Positions 53,553 to 64,000 of a DNA stretch of 64,000 nucleotides are shown one piece after another; position 1 is the stretch's first letter; each line of letters begins with the position of its first letter. This stretch comes from Vicugna vicugna (Eukaryota): contig MU061537.1 in assembly GCA_013265495.1 (NCBI GenBank), positions 496,001 to 560,000 on the forward strand. The letters are read 5' to 3'. The notes beneath the pieces were generated by a model. That model saw only the letters and a program-made list of their open reading frames with translations, was not told the DNA's origin and did not search any database. Made by a program: the position numbers and the translations under genes.

Positions 53553-56500
53553 TTTATTGTTCATTTTGTGCAATCAGGAAACTAAATGTCCAGGTTATGA
53601 CCTAAATTATAAATTAGACTTTAATCTTTTGATTTTAATAAAATGTTTTAGGACTGAGCAACTTTCAAAGAGGAGCAATTTTCTCCATTTATAGCCATTC
53701 ATTGACAAGTTGTGTACTGACTTACTGTAACTGATTTTTTTAACTTACTGATTGCTGAAATTCTTTTTTACTAGCTTAAAAAAAAACTTGCACTTCCAAT
53801 CTCCCATTGCTAATAAATTACAATGAGTAAATTATAATTGATGATCACTAGTAAGCTTGAAAAAGCTTAGCATTAATATATTTTATATCTATAATTTAAG
53901 TTTTATTGTCTGATTTATCTTTTTATATATATATATATGAATAGTGACATTGTTTTAAAGAACATAATTGAGAAGTACAAGGCTATTGTTAGCAGCACCA
54001 TTCATAATGGACACCCGAATGTCCATTAACTGGCAGAATGAATGAACAGTCATATATTCATATAATGAAATACTACACTGCAGTTAATTGAATTAAATCA
54101 TATGCAACAACATGGCTGAATCTCAAACACACTGAACAAAAGAATACATGACAGTATTAACCCAATAACATAAAGTTTAAAAATAAGCAAAACTAAAATA
54201 TACCATTTCGAGATATACACATGTTAAAACTACAGGGAGGTAGGGCTGCATGTGATTAGCGAAGGGCACAAGTTGATGCCTCCAGGATGCTGACAATGTT
54301 AGATTGATGGTGGTTACAAGAGTGTTTGCTTTAAAAGTACTTCTTAAATTTTACATATGTGTTTTACACACTTTTTTGGATATGCTATATTTTACAATTT
54401 TAGAAAAGTTAAATAAAACACACAACTGGATGTCCAGCTCTGGTACTTTAGTTTCAAAACATCTGAGTTCATTTAAAGGAGATGGGATGATTTCAAATAT
54501 CTGTGGTTACTGCAGTTGCAAATCACTGAAATTATTACAAACATCCAGCTGTTGTTCTTTTTTCCTAGAAACTGTCTCTCTTCACAGTCTAACTCTTGTT
54601 CATCTTCAGAATCCAGGTTAAGAGTTATCACTACCCAGAAGTCTTTCCCAATACCTCTTCTCCTTCCCTTTCCAACATCCTGCTTTCCACCACCCATCTG
54701 AGTCAGGTGTCTTTCCTCTCTGCTCCTTCGGTATCTAGAACATAGTTATGCATATATCACAATATACTGCAATGGTCTGACTTTCCTGATCCCCCTCTCA
54801 ACCTCTCCCACCACTAGGAGAAGCCACTAGACTGTAAATGATCTCAAAAGCAGGGACTGTTGTTTTTGTTCTCTTTCAATATCCAGCACATGACATATAT
54901 GAAACATTCAATAAATTTTTGGTGACTAAACAAATGAATGACAATATATTTCCACAGTACCAATGAATAATACTTCTTGTCAATTTTTGCTCTAGTGACA
55001 TGAAAGATATGGTTTAAAGCTTTTATGTTACAGTGCATAGTAAGTACTCAATAAATGGCATTACTAAGAGAAAGCTCTGTAAGGAAGGGAAGAAGGTTAA
55101 AAGACACCCTCCACAAATTTAAAAGATCGTAGCCAAAAGTCAAAAACATTAGTAGGTTCATTCCTCTTACAAGTAACTTAATTTAATAACAAAGAGTCTC
55201 AAAAAGGAGAAGTTTTAAATATACTAGCAATTAAAACATTAGCTGTCAATGAGCCAATAATAATATCCACATCAAAACTCTTAACAAAGGCAATAATGAC
55301 AAATAGGATCCTGATTTCAACAGGAAATCTATTTTATTTGGTTCAGGCTGGTGCTCAAGTTTAATTTTCTCAGTTGAGGTCAGTGTTATTGAATTGAGGT
55401 AACATCTAATTTTAAATGTACTTTAAAGGTTAGACTCTTCAACATATATTTAAATTTCTTGAATATTTGCACAAGAAATGAAGCTTAGTATTTTTAAACC
55501 AGTCCGTGGCAGCTACTCCTCAGAAGAATCTTAAGAAAGGATGACAGTAATATTTCACAATTTGACTATGTGATCTAATGTCATTCTTTTCTATACCTAC
55601 AATTCTTGAAATATTAGTCTCTTTGTGTTATTTTCTTCTTACATTTTTTTTAAAACAAATAATTTCTGAAAAATTATACGATTGGTTCTACACAGAAAAT
55701 TTTATGGATATCTTCAGCAAAAAATTAATGTGGGGACTTTGGGATGCAAAATTTAACATTTAGGAATTTTTTTGACATGTCACAAATCTCAAACCATATA
55801 AAAACAAGAAATTACATACATAACAAAACATATACTCAAAAAGAACGGTGAGCAAAAAAATATCATTAAGTCTTTAATTTGGACACAAAAATGAAATGGA
55901 TGCTGCTGTTTTCTTTAGGCTTGATCCTGTTACTTAAAGAAAAGAGTCTAAAAGTCTTGCCTGGCACTCAAAATCATTCCTACTCTGATCTGAGTCTAAT
56001 TTGCCAATTTTGAATCTCATTGTTTTCTAAGAACACCACCAACTTCAGTCATACTGGAACTCAATTATCTCCCACATTCATCAAGCTCGTGATACTTCTG
56101 CTCACTCACCCAGAATGTGTTCCATTCTACTTATGTTAGTTGCTGTTTACTTCTTTAAAAATCTTTTGAATTGTAAAATATAATGTGCACACAGAAGAGT
56201 GCACAAAAGTGGAAAACTCAATGAATTATTCCTAAGTGAATATCCATGAAACTTCCCCCAGAGAAACAGAAAACAGCACCCAGAAAGCACCTTCATGCTC
56301 TTTTTAAAAAAAATCATTAACACTCCCCTAACCCTCACAAAAGGTAACTACTATCCTAACAAATATAGTAATCCCTTTCTTGCTTTTCTTATAGTTTTAC
56401 CACCTAAATATGCAACTTCAAACACCATAGTTTAGTTTTCTGAATTTTATATACATGTGATCATACAATATGTATTCTTTGGTATCTAGCTTCCTTTACT

Positions 56501-58573
56501 GAACATTATATGAGAACCATGCATGTCTTAACAAAGTCCATTTTCATTCTATAGAAAATATATTCATACTAATTTAAATAAATAAACAATTCATTTTATC
56601 CATTCTGCTGTTGATGGAGCTTTGGGTTACTTAACTTTTAAAAAGATGTATATCTTGTTTCCCCAGCTAGAATGCATGTTTCTTGAGGACAGGGGCCATA
56701 TATTATACTATTTTATATTTAACTTAGTATTTGTATAATGCTAAGCATATAATGGGTGTTCCCAATCACATTAAATATTGATTAAATAAATCCATAAGTA
56801 GTTTGCAAGATAAGAGAAAAATAAGTTGAACTAGAAATCAACATAATATTTTTAGAAATACTTATGTAACTGGCATTTTGGAGTAACTATTACTACTTTA
56901 ATATATCAGAAGGTTTGACCTCTCATTTATTTAGAACTAATGATTTATCATTTCTTGTTCTTCCTAAGCCAACTGAAAGCTTAAAGCTTAATTTATCAAC
57001 TATCTCAAAATAAAATTAGGACAACTCAAAAAGTGGCTATTATCTGCCCATCTTCATACAGTATCTCACCAATATATTGAGTACCCACAATGGTCATAGC
57101 TCTAAATAAGTTCCTTTTTTTTTTTCCATTCTATTTACTTAAGTCTGTATTAACTATTATAAATTTAGAAACACACAAAGACAAATTTAAAAGAAGTTTT
57201 TGTACAGAACAGAGGCAAAAATTCTAGTATCTAGGTTCAGCAGGAAATTAATCATTCCTATTCAAAACTAAAACAAACCAAACAGCTTTTTAGTTCTAAT
57301 ATGCTCTTCTTCTTCAGTCAGTGAATATTTTAGGCACTGTGTAAACATCTCAAAACAGTATTTACATCACCTAATCTTTAAGCCTACTCTGAACTTCTCT
57401 TGGAGAATCAGTTTTGCTTTTTCATTTATTTGACTTAAACAAAGCCAGAGCATCACCAACTTCCTCAGCAAACAGGAAAATATACTTCCAGGCAAGATTT
57501 TCTGACACATTTGTGTCTTGGCCAAGTACAGATGGGTATGCCTCTATTAGTTTTAACAATACACAGGCTATAATAAGTCTTGTAATTTTTGTTCAGGTTG
57601 GTAATTTGACATGATAAAAAAACAGAGAAGGGAAAAGTGATAAAGAAAATAAAAGGTAAAGTCTAAGAAACAAGGGTATTCTCAAGTTAAGGAATCAAAG
57701 TAGAAAAGAAGAGATGTTACTAGATGAAAGAAGCCAATTCATTTCTATCTCAGGACAATTATCAAAGCCAAATTTAGTAGTTTTTTTTAATAGAAAGTAA
57801 CACTAAATTTGGTAAGTTTTCAAAACAGGCCAATAACAAATATACCTTCTAAAATTTACCAACGTCTTCTTGAACAGGAAGTAGATTGTTTAAAATATGA
57901 TATTAAAGGCAAAATAAATAATTAAATTACAAATGAAGGATAATGTATACAACTAGTAAAAAAGCCAAGAAAATAATTGGTTGTCTCACAAGACTTGCTA
58001 TCTCAAGACTAATATTATTATAAAATAAATGTTCTATCAATAAGGGAAAAATTAGAAAGAAAAGAAAAGCTGTAATTAATTTTAAAACATTTTCTAAAAC
58101 AGTCCTCATCAATTGTTGATATTTAACTTCTAAAGATACAGAGAATAGAATAAAAGTTATTTTACTATATCATAAGAGAACTACCCACTGTTTATTTTTG
58201 TAAGATGGTTAATCATACGTGTTCCTTCTCTTTTCATTCAAAAGACTTTTCTCCCCAAAGCTCAAGAAGACTTCAAAGTGTGGAAACTCTTTCTTAGTTT
58301 AAAAAGAGGTTATTTCACCAACGGTATAACTTGGGAAACTACCAAGTACAAAAACTTTACACTGTGTTATATCCTGTAAAATTTTGAAGTAATTTTGTAA
58401 TTAAATTATACTTCAAGTAATTATACTTCTAGATTTTATCCTCTAAGTATCAGCCATTCTCCCTAACTCCACCATCCCCTAGATGGCTGAAGCACAATTC
58501 TAAGGTCAACTTAGCAATAGTGAAAATATTTTATCAGATCACTTCCTAAAAACATTTCAATATTCAATACTTA

Positions 58574-58831
<258 letters not shown>

Positions 58832-60645
58832 CTATATGTGTGCTAATGTAAATGAACATATAGATATTCACACATGCACACTAAAAATGGATACAGATAA
58901 GAAATATTTACAAACTTAAGAGAGAGAAAGGAAGGAGTAATGGCCAGAAAAAATTAGGTGGATAACACAATATTTTTTTCCAAGTACGACAGCTTGAATC
59001 TACAGAAGGAAATGACAAGAAATCAAATCAGTAATTCTAAAGATCAATATAAATGATCATTTGTTAAGCCTGTTGATTTCTTGTGCATAACCTATAACCC
59101 AGGAGGGACTGTCCATCATTATGACTCTTCTTTCACAAAATGGATTCTCCCCAAGTTAAATAATACCAAACAGCAAAAAATTATGAGCATCCAGCTCCAA
59201 AGAGCATATAATAATTTATATGTAATTTCTATAAACATTCAATGGTACATTATAAAACATGCACAAAAGCAGTCCAAAAAAACATTAAGGAAAACTAAAT
59301 AGAAATACACGTTCTAGTATTTTCTTCCCAACCCCTAATGACTCATCTCATGCACTCACTTTGGAGATCACCAGTCTAGAGAACAACACTCAGAAGATCA
59401 TGTGTAGTAATTCCATTTAGCTAGAAAACTTTCATCTCTATCCCTAGGCTGGTCATCTTGCAAATACACAAATAGCTGCCAACAAAAAGTACTGGCAAGA
59501 GAACGTTAAAAGATTAGCAAACTTCTTCTCAATTACAAAAAAAAAAACAAAAAACAAAAAACAAAGAGCATGCCCTTTTATACCATGCACTTCAGTTGTT
59601 ATAAAAATTCACAATCAAGAGAAACTGCACTATCATCTGTGACAGTTTAAAGTTAGCATGCTTTAAATAAATCTAAATGCCAGTTTTAAGATGAAATATA
59701 ATAAATATCTTAAATCAGCAATTATTTAAAAGAATAGCTTTTTCAAGATCAAAAGAATGCACTTAAGAGCCTCTGTGACTGAATCCCATTCTACCTTCTA
59801 GCAATACTTCTCGTTACTCCCAAGTATGTACTGTTAACAAACCATTTCTCAACCATGTCCCATGCCTTCCACCATTGCTCCTCTGTACATGCTGGAGTTC
59901 TCTCCTTTTCCCCTTTCTCTCTAAATTCTTCCCATTCTACAAAGGCCTATTGAAGACCCACTGTAAAGCCTTAACTGAATCTGCTTCTCCATTACCCACA
60001 TGTCCCATGGCCAGAATAGGTCTCTCCCTCAGCTGTACTTTCACACAACTTTATTTATACTTACTTCCTTTACAGAATTTATTATAGTCTTTCTTTTGGT
60101 ATGGCTGTCTCTCAATTGTAAACTTCTTGAGGGCAGGGATATTGTCTTCTTGGGTTTTTATATTCTCCATAGCAACTAGCACAATGTCTTTAACGTTGTA
60201 ACTGCTCGATAAATATATACTGATTAAAATGAATACTCAGAAACGCATGTGAACATTTAAAATAGAAATACAAATGAAGTGACTTACAAAAGATTCTTTG
60301 TACAAGGCTATGTTTCAAATAATTCTTGGTGGGAGGCAGGAAGAAGAGTAAAGGAGGAAGTGAACCATGAAACAAACGCTTAAGGGCACTAACCCTGTCT
60401 GGCACTGTGAATAGGGCTTATTTCCTAATCCAATCCAAGAAACTTTAAATGGGCAAAAAAATTAAAGGAAATTTTCTTTGAGGAACTAATTGCCCCTGGA
60501 CATTTACTAGTTAAAAATCCTATTTAAAAAAAAAACACCCAATGGCCCCCAAATTAAATAAATAAAAACCTCCATCTCCCCATAAAATAAAAAAATTGGA
60601 GTCTTTTTTTTGTACCTTAGGAAATACATGTCCCCAATTGCTTAC

Positions 60646-60810
60646 CTGACGTTACTTCTGGGTTACGGCCAGACGCAGGCTGCAGCTTGCGCTCTATTTC
60701 AGGGGGACACCTGTCCCCACCCCCACCCCACACCCCGTCCTAGTAGGTGAAAAACTTCTCAGCCACGCAGAGAGAACAAACTTCCTGATCTTCGTTGCAG
60801 AGAAGGAATA
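60646..60810 (-). other. GOLPH3L: Probable non-coding exon 1 of GOLPH3L (TSS approximate)
   Basis: Strong donor CAG|GTAAG at 60646/60645 directly downstream of a CCAAT cluster. Confidence 0.6.
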
Positions 60811-60849
60811 ACACATCAGCTCTCTCAGGATCACTAGGCAACCTACCTT

Positions 60850-61130
60850 GGTGTTTCTTTATTGGACCAATCAGAAACCTCCAAGGCTGAGCTCAGCCAA
60901 TCGGAGCTTACGAGGGGAGGCTCTCCCCCCGGCTATTGTTGCGATCCAGACAAACACCACCAAAAGGAGGCAGGTTTGGGTTCAACCTGACAGCTGGTCA
61001 ATCCAATGAAGGAACCTTCATAGAGAGAGGAAAGAGGGCTACGCTCCCCATCCCCACTAAATCGGCCAATCAAAGCGTTCAGTGAGCTATCACCAGCTGC
61101 CGATCAACAAAGGTTTCCGTTGGTCAAGCT
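60850..61130 (-). promoter_or_regulatory. GOLPH3L: GOLPH3L promoter with multiple CCAAT (NF-Y) boxes
   Basis: ATTGG/CCAAT at about 60861, 60867, 60897, 61002 and 61066. Confidence 0.65.
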
Positions 61131-61892
61131 CAGTGTAGCAGGTGTGTTACTGTAGCAGAGTACACTGGGACAATAAGGTGGAATGGGTTGATATCCAATG
61201 AAGCTAAGAATACATAAACATTGGTTGTTTTCGACAAGTAGCTTATCCCTAACTTTCCTGTTAGAGAAAAATCTGATTTAGGTCAGTTTGTGGATGTTTA
61301 TTTGGTTTATATGAAACAGGATAGGCACATCTCTACCACAGCATTCATACTAACATTCTCTGTTAGTGCTTGTTACTAGCAAGCCCATAAAAATGTTTGT
61401 TTTTAGACTCTGGCTGCTGAAATTGCAACAGACCAAGTTTTAATCCTTCCTTTTCTAAAGCACAGGAAATAGTCAAATCTGGAACCAGATCCCAGGTTTC
61501 TCATTAAAAGCATATCTTTCACAGTAACACTCAAAAAGTTCCAGGAAGTGTGCAAAGTGACATCTGCTAAAATCTCAAAATTAGTGTCTAAACATTTTCT
61601 GCTAATTAAATAAAAAGTAGAAGCCATGAAAGAGTCTAGAAGCTGAGCAGTATTTTATTTATGCTGCCAAAAATGCCAGACTTTAAAATCAGTCATTTTG
61701 TCTTTTAGTAAAAAAGTTAAAAAAGGGATAGCACCAATTTTTAATTGTACATTATATATTATCATGTTAATATACTATATCAAAGTACTGAAGAACACTT
61801 TTAATAACAACATAATGACAAACAGCTAAATTGTATAGTTTTAACATAAGTAAAAAGTGAATTTCTATCAAAATTTAATACCAAAATAAAGA

Positions 61893-61898
61893 TTTATT
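61893..61898 (-). terminator. HORMAD1: Candidate HORMAD1 polyadenylation signal (alternatives at 62026 and 61654)
   Basis: TTTATT on plus in the AT-rich UTR after the stop. Confidence 0.5.
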
Positions 61899-62233
61899 TC
61901 AAAAAACTGCTTTAGAGGGCTTTAAAAGTTAATATATGTTTAAAGGAAATGTCCACCAAAATGGAAGATGGATCAATATTGAGTAGATAATTAAAAGAAT
62001 AAATTATGACACTGGTACTTTTGTTTTTATTCAAAAGTTCTCTTGAATTTGTCTCATATAAAATTCAAGATCACAATATGATAGTCAGCTAAGAACTCAT
62101 TTTAGTGTACTAACTGCTTAAAACTACATATAAGTTTTCAGAGGTAGGGCAAACACACCTTAAAATAGTAATACAGTGTCCTTTAGTTTAAATGTTGTGA
62201 AGAACTTTGCAAACATGCAGAAAAAAAATTTTT

Positions 62234-62314
62234 TTATATACGTTCCTTTGGTGCTCTAAACTTTCTTCTTTTTGGCACTGACTCTTGACTAGAAGAATCA
62301 AACTGACGACGGAC
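62234..62314 (-). CDS. HORMAD1: HORMAD1 last exon (SQ site and closure motif)
   Basis: ttttgacag|VRRQFDSSSQESVPKRRKFRAPKERI*; homologous to the human C-terminus; not in the ORF track. Confidence 0.92.
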   Translation of the reverse strand, partial: VRRQFDSSSQESVPKRRKFRAPKERI

Positions 62315-63536
62315 CTGTCAAAAGAAAACAACTGCTAAGGATAGATACTTTCCAGTTTAAATGTCTAATTTTAGATCTTTTTCATGTCTTTCAGGTTCCT
62401 TTCTTCCTTCCTCCTTTCTTTTAAAAAATTTTACCTAGCATACTATTTCCTACTAGGATAGGATAACTGGGTTCTTTAAAAGTAGCGTAAATTTTATTAT
62501 TGACATATTTATATCTCCTAAGGGCTGCTGAAAGCATATCCTTGCAAAATACAAGGTTTTCATTAGGGTTGTTGGAGTAGTTAAAAAGATAGATTTAACA
62601 TTATGTCCTCAAAATAGTAAAGTATTTTGGGGGGATGGAGGGGAGAAAGATTAAAAAATGAGCTGCAAATAGAGAAACATTCCACTTTGGCATCATGTAA
62701 AATTTAAATCCCATTTTGTTTTTGTATTGCTGGTGCTTGCAGTGCCTGATAATATTAGACATTCAATGCACACTTCAATGAATGGGAGGATGAATTAGGA
62801 AAATTGCTAACAAGATTCTAAGTTATTGAACTTTTATTTTTCTGGTAAAAACTCACTAATGATACAAATTGGATTATGTTTTTGCAGAAAAAATAGTCTT
62901 TAAGTTTTCAGTTGTGTAATTTTAACCTACTAATAATACTAAAAATTCTTGTTACAAATATAAATATTTATCTCAGAAATGACAAATACACTAACTGATT
63001 TGGTAAAATAAGTTTCCAAATATAAAGTAAGTGTTACAGGATTTAAGTCAGGAAAAATTTTCTTTCTCTTACGGTACTAGGAAGAGATTCTATACTTTCA
63101 GGGAACACGTGGATTTGGTACCATCTTGTTTCTACTTTAGTTTTGATCTCTAGAAAGCTCAGATCAAATCTGTGGTCCAATTTTAATGCTATATGAATAA
63201 AATGGCCTGAATATTCTTGTACTCTCATTTTCTCATTCTATTCATATTTTTTCCTGACACTGATTTTTATTTTATTATTTCCTCCAATAAAGTCAAATCA
63301 TTCATAGAATAAGACAGTAAATGTTTATATGGAAAAATTAATAAACCAACATAGCACATTTAATTTTAAAATCACCCCCTTTTTTAGACTCAAATATATT
63401 TAAACAAGATTTGGATATCAGAGTTCTGAGGTATATCCAGGAATATTATCACATTTATCATTTTAAGTTTAATCTATAGTAATGATATTCTGATATTTGT
63501 CATTATATTCAGCCTATGTATTATAATAAGACTTAC

Positions 63537-63608
63537 TGTTTTCCCAGATTCAAGTTGACTTCTCTTCCGATTTTCCTTAGAAGATTTTACTTGTTGATTT
63601 CCATTAGC
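63537..63608 (-). CDS. HORMAD1: HORMAD1 penultimate exon
   Basis: gag|ANGNQQVKSSKENRKRSQLESGKT|gtaagt; 72 nt, phase 0 at both ends. Confidence 0.9.
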
Positions 63609-63699
63609 CTCCACAAAGATATAATTATTACTAACTGGTTATTTTTCAAAGAACAACCAACATATTTTTCAACCATACACAACTATATGCAGTTTTAAA

Positions 63700-64000
63700 A
63701 GAATAACCAACTCCACTGAGATATAATTCAGATACCATAGATTTATCCAATTAAGAGTGTACAATTCAATGATTCTAAGTATATTCAGAGTTGTGCAACC
63801 ATCACCACAGTCAATTTTAGAACACTTTCATCCTCCAAAAAGAAATCTTATACCCTTACAGCTATGACTCTCCTATTCCCCTATCCTCCCACCAGCATTA
63901 AGACTTTCTGTCTCTATAGAAATCTCTATTCTGGACTTTCATATAAATAGCACCATATAATATGTGGACTTTTGTGACTGGCTTCTTTTACTTAGCATAA
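63700..64000 (-). mobile_element. L1MB-like 3' end
   Basis: gagatataattca...atattcagagttgtgcaaccatcaccacagtcaattttagaac...gactggcttcttttacttagcataa. Confidence 0.85.

Noticed and set aside
63043..63228. 61-aa ORF within the last HORMAD1 intron
   Set aside because: Flanking exons join in frame without it; no similarity recognised

Overview
Mammalian (eutherian) genomic DNA, most likely a camelid, judged from its many tRNA-derived Vic-1-like SINEs and cetartiodactyl-type L1 ends. It covers the conserved MCL1-ENSA-GOLPH3L-HORMAD1 block, with all four genes in tandem on the minus strand. I reconstructed complete spliced CDSs by hand, all with GT-AG junctions: MCL1 (3 exons, 351 aa), ENSA (4 exons, 121 aa, plus a 117-aa intron-retained form) and GOLPH3L (4 coding exons, 285 aa). 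Only the last two coding exons of HORMAD1 fall in the window. The rest is promoters, 3'UTRs and repeats (SINE, L1, L2, L3/CR1, MIR, MLT1, MER20, microsatellites). I see no convincing new gene system. The best leads are a perfect 23-bp palindrome in a motif-rich region upstream of MCL1 (one of several perfect inverted repeats), a possible in-frame HORMAD1-GOLPH3L read-through splice, a changed HORMAD1 closure motif, frameshifted or dead homologs of human ENSA alternative exons, and an ORF-less L1 made of a 5'UTR fused to a 3' end. Repeat family names and human comparisons are from memory, not from database searches.
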